A stretch of 64,000 bases of DNA from Chara braunii (Eukaryota > Plantae > Charophyceae): positions 6,929,495-6,993,494 of the forward strand of contig BFEA01000005.1 in assembly GCA_003427395.1 (NCBI GenBank). The letters are read 5' to 3'. The first letter of the stretch is position 1, and the number at the start of each line of letters is the position of its first letter. Made by a program: the position numbers and the translations under genes. The notes under the pieces were generated by a model that was not told the origin of the DNA, searched no databases, and saw only the letters and a program-made list of their open reading frames with translations. Shown here piece by piece: positions 1 to 11,410 of the stretch.

Positions 1-1674
1 AACGATTCAGAACAACGCGAAGGTGTACGATGTGCTCGTCCAACGTCCTACTATAAACCAAGATGTCATCGAGGTAGATGAGGACGCTGCGATCGAGCAA
101 GTCACGAAACTCAGTCGTCATTGCTGCTTGAAAAGTTGCGGGGGCATTGGTGAGGCCAAAGGGCATGACAACCCACTCAAAATGCCCGTAACGCGTCTTG
201 AACGCGGTCTTGTACCGGTCTTGAGGCTGGATTTCAATCTGGTGGTAACGTGACTTCAAGTCCAACTTCGAGAAGTACGTCGCGCCGCCTAACCGCTCAA
301 GGAGATCATCAATCCGAGGGAGAGGGCCGACGTTCTTTACGGTTTGTGCGTTAAGTTTCCGATAGTCGATGCATAACCGTAGATCTTTGTTCTTCTTCCG
401 GACGAAGAGAACAGGTGCACCGTATGGCGAGCAACTAGGGCGAATCCAGCCCTTGTCGAGAAGATCATCAAGTTGTGCGCGAAGCACCTCGAGTTCCTCT
501 TCGCTCATGCGGTAGATACATCCACGCGGAGGGACGGCGCCAGCCTCGAGAGTGATCCCGTGACGTATGGNCCGATCCGGAACCGTTCCGGTGGGGGCCT
601 CGAAGACGTCTCTTTACTCGTCCAAGAGGTGAGAAATGTGTGGGTCCGGCGGTGACGCGGCTGGTCCGTCCGGCGAGGGGAGAGCATGCAAGAATACAAG
701 GCCCATCTCCTCAACGTCATTCCGAGCAATGGCGTCGCGAATTCTCGCAACGGAAACCACGTGACAAACAATCGAAGTGTGAGGGGTCGCGACCGTACAT
801 GGGACTAACACTCCGTTCCGATCACGGATGTGAACGGTTCGGTCATGGAAGTTCACCGGATGATCGGCGCTATGCAACCAAGACATGCCTAGAATCATGT
901 CGAACTTGGTGTCGAGGATGTCAAAAGACACTGGCTCGCACGCAAGTGCCGCAAAGTAGACCGGGATGCCGTCAACGCATCGGTCAATTGACTTTTGCGT
1001 GCGGCCGTCCGCGAGTGTAACTTGCGTAGGTTGCGTCTTCCTTCGAACGCGCGGGCCAAGACCTGCGCGGGCCATAAAGGCTTGGCTCATAAAGTTGCGA
1101 GACGCTCCGCAATCAATCAAGGCACTACAGGTTGCCTTTCTGATTTGAATGCGGATATAGAGCAAAGGTGCGTCGGTTTCAGCGTACCTTTGGGTGGCGT
1201 GATCGCGGTCGATCTTCGCAAGATAGGAGCGGAGATCGGCAACCGCTACCCCGTCGTCCGTCAACGGAGCTGGTACTATAGTGTGCAAGTAGAAGCGTAG
1301 ATTTGTCATCAAGGCGTTGCAATGCGGCCTTGGCAAGGTTCCGGTCGAGGGTAGAGGCATCCAGGCGAGAAGTCCTCTCTCGTGAGCGGGTCAAGGTCCT
1401 CAAGTCTTGGCCACGTCGTCGAGTCCTCGGAAAGCAGTGGCGAACTGACCGGATCACTTGCCGACGGTGTACAGGCTGCGCATACGCAATCTACATGCAC
1501 GTGGCTAGGCTGGTCTAATGGTGGTACCAGCTGGGCGGCATAATCCTCGTACGTAGCACGAGAATCAGCGACTAACGCATGCTCCCCGGTAGTGATATCG
1601 ATTGCTAGCAAGGCAACCGGGTCCAGCGGAGTGAGGAGAGACGTCGCCCCTCTCCTTGCGTAACTCAGTTTCCC
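1..1674 (-). pseudogene. pol: pol fragment: aspartic protease and reverse transcriptase
   Basis: ORF 614..1360 contains ALIDCGASRNF and DMILGMSWL. Past the stop at 614 the frame reads [36 protein letters not shown] and [11 protein letters not shown]. Confidence 0.93.
1631..1674 (-). promoter_or_regulatory. -1 ribosomal frameshift signal (G GGA AAC plus downstream hairpin)
   Basis: Gag ends TCG GGA AAC TGA and the -1 frame is open. An AGGAGAG...CTCTCCT stem lies just downstream. Confidence 0.7.
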
Positions 1675-2904
1675 GAGTTTGCTGGACGGGGTACGCGTGC
1701 CTTGCCCTTTTTGGGGCATTGTGCGGTCACATGAGTGACTCCGTTGCACCAAAGGCAGTATCCGTACTTCTGACGCAGGTCATAGACCTCCTTGGTGATC
1801 TTATATGCCGTCCATGGGTGCTGCCTAGCTCCCGTCGCTGCCGTCTCTTGTGTCGCCTTGTTCTTACGAACTCTCTTGGGACGCTTCGTCAGGAGTGCTG
1901 CGACAATTCCTCCATCACCCGAGGATGCTGCTGCAGCGTGGTGGTCGTTGGTTTCCTCATAAATCACGGCATTGCTATGTGCCGGACGTTGATAGGCTTG
2001 CTTAGCCACATAATGCGGCTGGGATTGTCTCTCGTTAGCGGCCTTGTCGTCCGTTTGGATGACCAAGTTCGCTCGATCCAGAATGGCCTGNAATGTGGTA
2101 TAGTCGTACTCATTACCGAGTGCCGACCGCAATCCCGCGCATGATCGCGAGAAGAACTCGGATCGTTGATTTGGAAACGTCAAGTCGAAGCCTGGTGTGG
2201 TCACTATCTTTTGCCACTTCGTTGTCCAGTCTCGAGTTGGCATGTTCCCCTGAGAGCATGTGTACACCTCATTCATGGCCGCCTTCACGACGTTGCGGAC
2301 CATGAACCGGGTGAACCATAGCTGCTCGAACTCCTTCCACGTGATGTGCGTGTGGAGTTCGGCGATGGTGCACTTGTGGGTGGCCGCCAGGTGGTTCATC
2401 CATGCCTGCGCTCCTCCAATCAGTTGCAAATAGAGTGCCTTCAACATGTCGTTCGTCGTTCGTCGGGGCACAAAGATCATGCCTTGGAGTATCGTTGTCC
2501 GCTGATGCTCACTAGCAATCAGGGACTCCGTGCTGGCGGCATTCCGTCTGTTTCGTGTCGCTTCGTCAGTCTCCGCTGTCCGCTGAGCTTCGGCTGCCCC
2601 CTCATTGGCCAGCCGCTGACGTTCTGCCTCTGCCGCAGTCTGCTGAGCCTCGGCGGCGGCTACAAACGGCATCTGTAAATGCCTGTAGCCGCCCACGATA
2701 GTCAGCCAAAGGCTCGCTGGCCTCTCGGACCGGGCATGTGGGAAGATCTCCGGTGGTGTCTTGTACTGTCAATGCCGTACTTGATGCCGCTGGAGTCGTC
2801 CGTCTGCTGAATCTCTTGGGTCTTGGAGGTACCGCAGGGCAGGCACGAACTGCGATCCTGGCACTGCGCCGTGGCAGTGCCCCGTTGTCCTGTTCCATCG
2901 ACAT
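1665..2904 (-). pseudogene. gag: gag, frameshifted near 2660-2690, with CCHC zinc knuckle
   Basis: ORF 1665..2696 has a retrotransposon Gag core (TWKEFEQLWFTRF...SQG) and CLWCNGVTHVTAQC. The likely N-terminus MSMEQDNG (ATG at 2904) is in another frame. Confidence 0.85.
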
Positions 2905-4016
2905 CAGTCTGAACTGATGCAGTACTTTAGAGGTGCCGGTGTTCACAGAATACAGGGGGGTAGGGAGAGTGGGAACAGGGGTAGAACAATCAAGCAATAT
3001 ACATACAATCCCCTGCCCACTGATGGACTGTAGACACCTAATCAAACAGAAATTAAATTTCCCGTAAATCACTCCAAAATTCGTAATAAGAATTTAATAA
3101 CGATTTAATCAGTAAAATTAATTAATAACGAAATAATAATTCTTAATGATAATCCAAAAGATAACCAATAATCAATATTTGCAAAAAAATAAATCAATAG
3201 TCAATCATTGCAATCATGATAATACGAATTTGATTGGTGTTATGATTAGGTCTCTTTGAGATCACTTGAGTCCGGGGGTTCACCGTTAATGAGTGAACTA
3301 CCCGGAAGTTGCAGTTTGAGGGTCAGATACGGCTTAGTGTGCTAAAAAAAAAATTCGGAAAATTTCAGAAGAAAAAACGCTCAAATTTTCAAAAACGCGA
3401 ATTTTCGGGAATTTCCACCGTCAAAATCCGATTTTTAAAAGCCTAAACCTATTTTCGGAATTTCTCAAGCAAGGGGAACGAAAACAGTTTCGCGAAAATT
3501 TCGGTCCTAACCCTAATTTTCCGCGTTTCTGCGAAATTTCCGGATTTACGGTCCCAAAACGTTCGAATTTCCCTAAGTTGATCTAAAACCCAAAGATTCT
3601 CGTAACCCTAATTTCCAATACGGAAAGACAACGGAAATCCAAAAGACAACGAAATATAGGATTTACAACAAAAATGCCGAAAAACGGAATGCTGAATGGA
3701 AATCAGAAACGCCAAATTTCAACATGATACTGATTCAACCCTAATTCGTGTAACATCAGAAATCCGAAACTTAATCAATTATCGGATTAGTATTACTCAA
3801 TCGGAACTCAAATAGCAGCATACCGGAAGAAAACAGAAATCCGAATTATAAGTCNGAATACCGAATTGAACGGAAATGCCGAACTAAATAGAATACCGAA
3901 AAGAAAATTTTTTGCAACTTTGAACTTAATAGTGGTACAGCTCTGATTTGGAAGATTGAGAAGGCAATCTAATTCCTAACCAGACTTACCTTCGTGAGCA
4001 GATCCGTTATATGGTC

Positions 4017-4029
4017 TGCTCCGATACCA
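4017..4029 (-). promoter_or_regulatory. Primer-binding site for initiator tRNA-Met
   Basis: The minus strand reads TGGTATCGGAGCA, 4 nt from the LTR end. Confidence 0.9.
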
Positions 4030-4033
4030 AAAC

Positions 4034-5081
4034 TGTTGCATACTTCAACGAGTATGGGCAGAACCAAAGATCAACCAATGTAGGATGAGCATGTATGCAG
4101 CGGAAGTCTGATAAACGGACTGACTCACATAGACTGGCTCACATAGCATCACTCCACACGCATACAATCGTGAGATGGTGGGGTCTGGGCCATTCATAGA
4201 CGNTGCCCAGATCCCGTACACGCATTCACAGATGAAAGGTGGGAGGAGAGACGAAGGAGGTGGGGAGGTAGACAACACCGATAGATAGAGTCTGATAGGT
4301 CTCCGATATGGTAGTCCANAATGTNNTACAACAAGATCNAAATGTCGAGGCCCATAGGTCACCAATGTCGGAGATACAGAGTCCAGATGTAACCGGTGTC
4401 CAACNGTGATGCAGCCGAGTATCAACCTCAACAATCTCCAAGTCTCCAATCAGGTAAGTACCACAGTCTCATATCACCGAAGTCCAACTCTGATCTCTGT
4501 CCAACTAGTATAAGTCTCTAGTCTGAAGAAGAAGAAGAAGAAGAAGAAGNNNNNNNNNNNNNNNNNNNNNNNNNNNNNNNNNNNNNNNNNNNNNNNNNNN
4601 NNNNNNNNNNNNNNNNNNNNNNNNNNNNNNNNNNNNNNNNNNNNNNNNNNNNNNNNNNNNNNNNNNNNNNNNNNNNNNNNNNNNNNNNNNNNNNNNNNNN
4701 NNNNNNNNNNNNNNNNNNNNNNNNNNNNNNNNNNNNNNNNNNNNNNNNNNNNNNNNNNNNNNNNNNNNNNNNNNNNNNNNNNNNNNNNNNNNNNNNGTAC
4801 CGGTACTTATACCGGTGGGGCAGAGGCCGGCCTCAATGCTGCGAGNCCTGGNCATGCCCTGAACCGTCCAGATGGACGGTTNANCCCCANCCGGCGGGCG
4901 GCAGCCTCAAGAGCGCCGCCAGGCCCAAACGATAATGCCGTTTGGGCCTGCCCGTCGGGTACTGGTCCAAGATCAGACCTTTAGGGCCTGTAATACCCCA
5001 AGGTCGGGCCTTTAGGCCCTGATGTGTCCTTCCGGCCCCAAGTCGGGTCCGGTAGGACCCGTGTGCGTCGAAGATGTAACA
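4034..5081 (-). repeat. 5' LTR (contains an N gap)
   Basis: TGTTGCA...TGTAACA termini; near-identical to 19782-20907; homology ends sharply at TGTAACA. Confidence 0.93.
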
Positions 5082-6134
5082 GGTGTGTTCATGCCGGTGG
5101 TAGGTTACGAGAGAAAACAATGAAAGAATACGTGACTCACCAGTGGCAGATTGAGACAACGACTAGAGAACGTGTGTAAGGAGGAAAATAACAACCTCTT
5201 GTCGTAGCATGGCTTGAACTTCGAACTAGTTGACTTTGCACTGTTGCAGTTTGAACTCATGACTTGACTCGTAGGTCACTAGAAATAGGAAACTCCACTG
5301 TATGCGGCACTTGCGGCTGTGTGGTAGTAACTGTGAGTTACCACTGGGTTACAACTTACAAGCCACGTACAGTACTTCAAGAAGAAAGGAACCCGTGGAT
5401 CAAGCGATCAACGAAGCAATCAATCTATCAATCAATCAATCGAGCGATCAAGCAAGCAAGCAATATATCAAGAGATGGATTAGTTAGACTATCGATAAAT
5501 CAACTGTCCGCTGATGCTGCAGCAAATGGAAGGAATGAAATTTTTATGTGAAGTTATGAATGTAGAGAGTCCTTAGGAAATGAATGCGAATAATGGAATT
5601 ATTATCCCAAATTAGTGAATGTAGATTGTCCTTAGAAAATTGTCAGAATGCCAGGATGATGGAGGAACTTGCTACCATCTTTGCCCATACGGAATGCTGG
5701 TCGTTATTGCTGTATCTGGACTGAAAGTTTCCCCAAGTACAGCATTTGGGCTTTCTATTCGGGTGAAGACGGTAGTAAAAGTTTTAAAGCGTAGCAACAA
5801 ACAAACGAATGGTCTGAACAGAACCAGTTGTGTACTGATCAGGCACGTTCAGCCTAGGGAGTCAAGAGACTCGACCATTGGTTAGTCCTTGATTGGTTTG
5901 GCTGTTTGAAGCAGCCTGAGACGTCAGATTTATGTACCCTTTTGTTGATCTGGGGTAGTGGGGTGGGGTGGGGTGGAAGGGGCAGATCTATGTGCCTTGT
6001 TGGTGGTCGAATAGTGCACATCAAGGATTATGGAACCACACAGGTTAAACTCCTGCACAAGAGAAAACATCCCAAGAGGTTGTGAGTGACAAGAAAAAGC
6101 AGAGCTAGAACAAGTAGTGAAATACATACAGCTG

Positions 6135-6511
6135 GCCAAGTGGCCTAGCTCAGTCTGTAGAGCACACAAGTGACATTCAGGAGGTCGTGGATTCAATTCC
6201 GGTCCATTCGCTCCCCCACGGCCCCCTGCAGCACACTTGGGGTTCACCAGCGGACGTAGTTGGCTTGTCCCCCCCAGCTGGTCCTGGCAGGAATCATGTC
6301 CTTCCATCTCTCACCTGGGGCTAGGAGCTGGGGTGCCACTCCCTGCACAGAGTAGAGGTCGCTTGTAGTACCCCAGGGGGTCTGTTTGCTGGTCTTGGGA
6401 GTCGTGGCTGATGGTTTGAAGAGCCAAAAAATAGAGGAAAAATATATGGGCTGTCCCCCTGATGAGGAGAAGGCAGCCTTTTGAAAAAAAACAAAAACAA
6501 AAAAATAAGCA
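6135..6511 (+). mobile_element. tRNA-derived SINE with A-rich tail and 15-bp TSD
   Basis: A-box-like TAGCTCAGTCTGTAGAGC and B-box-like GGATTCAATTCC; A-rich tail 6484-6511; AAATACATACAGCTG at 6120-6134 and 6512-6526. Confidence 0.85.
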
Positions 6512-6545
6512 AAATACATACAGCTGACATGTGTTTGTATGCATG

Positions 6546-6546
<1 letters not shown>

Positions 6547-6640
<94 letters not shown>

Positions 6641-6647
6641 NTGTGTG

Positions 6648-6736
<89 letters not shown>
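6547..6736. repeat. (TG)n microsatellite
   Basis: Direct observation. Confidence 0.99.
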
Positions 6737-6739
<3 letters not shown>

Positions 6740-6815
6740 AGAACAACTCAGTGGGGTGGCGGCTTCTAGAATGGAAATTGATTTAAATCGAGCCTTTCAT
6801 TTATCAACTCTAGTT

Positions 6816-7238
6816 CAGGGTTGCATCCCTGCCGACCGCCGGCCCCGATCGCCGACTATTGCCGCAGACCAGTAGGGCCGACCGGTCGGCGGTCTGCCGA
6901 CCAGTCAGAAAACAACCATTCACTTTTTTTTTCAAATCTGAGTTGGGGGCTTTGCTGCGCTTGTTGAGTACAGCCCAAATCCGCTGAGAAACTCCTGGGG
7001 ATGGGGGGGTTGGGGTTGGAGTATTGGGGGGGTATAGGGGGGTATAGGTGTGATATAGGGGGTATTGGGGGGGGTAATGAGGGTGTTGGGGGCAATTTGG
7101 GGGTATTGGGGCCCGCTATGGGGGTGTTGGTGGTGTTATTCGGGGATCTGGACGCCTTTTTTTTGTGGGGTGGCGATATCCCTGACCGGTAGGTGCCGAC
7201 CAGTCAAGCGCTGCCGACCGTCGGGGGGTGCAACCCTG
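6816..7238. mobile_element. hAT-like MITE
   Basis: TIRs CAGGGTTGCA(T/C)CCC; 8-bp TSD CTCTAGTT/CTTTAGTT (1 mismatch); subterminal GCCGACC repeats. Confidence 0.85.
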
Positions 7239-9904
7239 CTTTAGTTACAAAAAATTGCTTGTAAATCTTACACCACCACCCATTCTTTGTTGCTGGATCC
7301 CGAGCCTGCACTGGTATCCTAACGAACCTGACTGGGGGAGCATTTTCAATTTGCACCCCGACCGAACCTGTGCTGGGTCTGTTCTCCGAGCCTGGTTAGG
7401 GCCTTCTGTTTACCAATTGGGATTTTTATTGGTTGCCAGCAAGGGTGGCTGTTTAAAGCCTACCAGAAGTGTGTACAACTGATGGGAACTGATCGGACTC
7501 CTTGGAAACGAGCGCAGACTGGGAACGGGGAACTGCTATGCACTTGCCATTGCTTCTAAGAATACGGAACGGTGAAAGGGGCCCGACTTCATTTTTTTCT
7601 TAGCCTATATGCCAGTAACTCTCATCACTGACCTTTGCCCCTACCTCTCCTCCTGTGCTCAAGGCTTTCCGGAAATTTCACCACTTGATCGTGTGCTCGT
7701 TCAGGTGGGTAGGAATTCATGAATCCATTTGAGGCCGTACTCACATGCGCACTTTCCTGGGTGCATCTGACTGTTTTTATGGCCCGCTCATGGACGTATC
7801 TGAACACAAAAACGTTGTGAGCTCAGTTGAAAAAGTCCTAGTCTGAGTATGCCCTGAGTCATAGGCAGGTTGGTATGTACATAGCATAGGTTCAGTAGCA
7901 AATCCAGTGTCTTTTTGTTTTGCAAGCTAGCGCATCCGCACATTGCTGTTAAAAAATATAGGCTATTTCTGGCAGTTGTGGATTTGCGGGAGAGATCAGG
8001 ATCAGGATGGTTGGGGAGCTGTGGTGGTCAGTGGTGATAATCATGTGGTGGACATTGGTATTGAATTTCAAACCGCCCTCACCTTTGAACCTTACCTGCC
8101 GAACTGACCCAATTAGGCGAGGTCTTGCACGGGTTTTGGGCAGTCTGGGAGGGGGGAAATCTGAGCCTGAGGCCCTATGTGGTGGTCCCCACTTTCGAAA
8201 GAGGGAGACTTCACCTGTCAAGCCAATGAGCCCTGGTAATGGGTCAGATTTGGCAGTGCAGGAGGGAGTAGAGAATCACTTTTGGGAGAAAGGAGGATGT
8301 CGGTGTCAACTTGAGTTGCGTGGCGAAAGTTTTAGCGACTTGTCACGTGAAAAGAAGGAAAACAGGTGAAGTACTTACTTTTTCAGTGGCTCACCCTAGC
8401 CTACAGATGCCCGGTTTGGGGACTCACAAACCTTTCTGTGAAAACAAGCCTCTGGCAAGGCGTGCAAATGAACTGGAGAATTGACGTGAACCAGCTCAGT
8501 ACCTCGTCTTTGTTCTCTTCACTGGAGCTAATGATCGATGCCAGTTGGTCCTAACTCATGCTGTCTTTGTGGAAGGTCCGTGGTAGATCCCGAGGGCGTT
8601 GGGTATTTCCTTGGGTGGTGTCGGGACCTGTGCTGAGTCCAGGCTCATGGAAGGTCCGCACCCGGAGATGTCTCCGGGCCTAAACAAGTCACTTTTTCAT
8701 GAAAACTGGACAAATGACTCCTTGATGTGACCTTCTTAGCAAGACCCGGTGTTTCGAAATGGTGGTGAAGCGTTTGGACACCAAGTTCTGCCCTTACATT
8801 CTCCAGCTAGCGAGGAACTGGCATTGGAAGGGTTTAGGGTTTAGGGTCCCCCTGCCTTCTTCCACTGGTAAGAACTGACGTCCGGAAATGGTGGCCAACT
8901 GTGTAGCATGTGGCTGCCTCTGTACTGTTGACCGATTCCCAAACAATCCTTACGACACAAACCACAAGTGGCTGACGTGTACGCTTTCTTGACTTCAATG
9001 ATCGGCCACTTCTGACCAATGCAACCACCTCCGAGGGCTGTGACGTCGTTGGTGAGGCAGCATTGGCTGTTAACTTCTCCCCATTGTCCTTTTTTGCTTT
9101 CCCACCGCTGTTTGTCGTTCTGGGTTAGTGCTGCCAGCAACCCTTTTTCTCTCTCTAGTAGACCGATTCGTTGAACGTGGTTGAACCCCCCCCCTCATCC
9201 CCCCCACCAAAGTCAACCACACATAGCCCACCAAACTGGGAGGCACTGCACTTTCTGGTGAAGAGGCAGTGTGTGTGGTCATCCTTCGACTGACCTCTGT
9301 TTCGCATCATCTGTTCAAGTTTGCACCTTGCGAGGAGCAGAACCTTTTTCGTGAGGTCTCTCCTCTCTGGTGGTGTGTTGATAAGGAAGGAGTGTCGTGG
9401 GTGTGCTCTTGACATCTCATTGGCAGTTAACCAGCATACCTTTTTCTTAACTGTCTATCCGATGAAAAGAATCCAAAGAAGTCCGGGGATGTGTTGTCAA
9501 ATTTCCAAGGGCAAAGGTTTCCGCTGTTCCATGGGCCCAAGTTTGCTGAGCACCGAAGTTTACCAAAATTAGAGGTCCAATAATTTTGTTCTTGAGAGCG
9601 TGTTGAGTAATGGATGGTGTTGGCTTGATGTGCATGCTAGCCGTGGATCTCTGTCGGTGTCCGGCCTGCTTTGATATTGCCACATGTTCATCATCTTGCC
9701 GACAGTTTCAGCTATTAGCAAAGTGCATGAAGGATGCAGATGTAATCGGCAATATAGCGCCAAGCGTCCGTCTGGAGTTTGCTGTTATCTTTATGGAATG
9801 GGGTTTGCGCCGTTAGCAAAGCTCATGAAAAATGTGAATGTGTTGAAACTCTTTATCCTTTTTGTATCCTTCTGGGCCAATATCTGGGGAGTGATTAGCC
9901 GAGT

Positions 9905-10003
9905 ATGTGGAAGCTGTGTAGATATAATAATGTAGCAATGTGGAAGCTGTGTAGATATAATAATGTGGCTAAGTATGTGGAAGCTGCGTAGATAAAATAA
10001 TGT
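9905..10003. repeat. Three copies of ATGTGGAAGCTGTGTAGATATAATAATGT
   Basis: Direct observation. Confidence 0.9.
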
Positions 10004-10237
10004 GTTGTATGTTGTTGTATGATGAACCTCCTCCTTCGAGTAATGGGTAGTTATTGGCTTGAGCTGCGACCTCCATTATATCGTCGTCCTTGTCTGGGTA
10101 TCGCCAAATGTCATGTGGGTATCTTGACGGTTGATCGCGACACATCGTAGGATCGTGAGGATCGGTTGTGTCACATGGCAGGAGATGGTCAACGCAATGA
10201 ATGCAGAGTGTTTCCCACGAATAGTGTCCGTATTCTT

Positions 10238-10590
10238 TGCTCAGTGTGTTTGGTTTCGAAGCTTCTCTTTTTTTTGGTTCTCTTTTGTTTGTTCTGGAAA
10301 AAAGGGTGTGCTAGTGTACTATCTCTTTCTGTAGAGGATGCATCTGCACGAACATTTGCTCGTTCGCTGTCTTGACGCCAAGTACCTGCCACGTCAATTT
10401 GTGCAGCGCAAGCGAGATAGCACTTCGATTCTTCCCTCAGTCTGTTTGGTTTGCAAACTTTTCTTTCTTTTGTTCTGGGAAAATGATGTGCTGGTGTACT
10501 ACCTCTCTTTGTGGAGGATGCATCTGCACAAACAAACAACATTTGTTCGTTCACTGTCCTGATTGCAAAGTACCTGTTACTTCAATTTGC
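10238..10590. repeat. Diverged tandem duplication, unit about 195 bp
   Basis: CTCAGT.TGTTTGGTTT...GAGGATGCATCTGCAC...AAGTACCTG occurs twice. Confidence 0.75.
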
Positions 10591-11209
10591 GCAGAGGGAG
10601 CGAGAGAAGGGCTGCGTACCATTTGCCGTTGTTCACAGAGAAATCTAGGGAAGGATGTCGTCACGGGAGCTCCAAGAAACGTCCGAGCATGCCGGGCTAT
10701 GCACCGGGCCAGTGGTGGATAGCGTGTTCTCTGTGGTGCTTCTCCTGCCTTGGATTCATCTTCATGAGTCTGCTTCACGACTGCCGAATCCGCATTCTGC
10801 TGGTGTGATTTGGGTGCTTACCGATGTGCACACTGCAGTCTTCCTCTTCGAGTGAGTCGCGGTTCTCACCCATCGCCTTGTGCCTGTTGTGTGTGAGGAC
10901 GGCATCGTCGTCCTCTTCGGCGTACACTTTTCATCTATCTGCGTGCTGTCCATCTGTTGTTAGTGGGGAACGAAAAGCATAGGATGCTTAATTCATGCGT
11001 GTTGCTGAAATTTGTCTCAACGTATCCACAGTGTCTGTTGTTATGTCGTGTTGTTCGTGTCTATGTGATTGGGCCATCGATAGGAGGGGTGGGTAGGTGT
11101 GCATAAAGTTATGCGACAACTGCAACAGGTGATAACTGCGCTGTATGCAATTTTGGTCGTACGAGTCTTTGCCAGGTGAAAAATTCTGTTACTGTAACAA
11201 CAGATAAGG

Positions 11210-11410
11210 TCTAGCGGCTTTCTAGCGGCTTTGTAGAGGCTTTCTAGTGGCTTTCTTGTGGCTTTCTAGTGGCTTTCTTGTGCCTTTCTAGTGTCTTTCT
11301 AATGGCTTTCTAGTGGTTTCCTGGTGGGGTTTTCTAATGGCTTTCTTGTGCCTTTCTAGTGGCTTTCTAATGGGTTTTTAGTGGTGTTCCGGTGGCTTTC
11401 TAGTGATTTC
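11210..11410. repeat. Minisatellite with an approximately 12-bp GTGGCTTTCTA-type unit
   Basis: About 15 degenerate tandem copies. Confidence 0.9.

Larger units (their letters stand above)
1..5081 (-). mobile_element. Ty3/Gypsy LTR retrotransposon, 5' half (5' LTR, PBS, leader, gag, PR, RT); continues left of the window
   Basis: On the minus strand the order is LTR (5081-4034), PBS, gag with CCHC knuckle, protease ALIDCGA, RT YLDD. In-frame stops and frameshifts show decay. Confidence 0.95.

Noticed and set aside
6445-6490. Hammerhead ribozyme in the SINE 3' end (CTGATGAG...TTTTGAAA)
   Set aside because: No valid NUH site with stem III pairing, stem II is misregistered, and GAAA is just the start of the A tail.
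6321-6875. ORFs of HT, CV, SL or RE dipeptide repeats here and at 17.8, 26.8-27.3, 30.3, 35.4, 36.7, 40.5-41.3 and 44.4 kb
   Set aside because: These are translations of microsatellites, often extended through N gaps.
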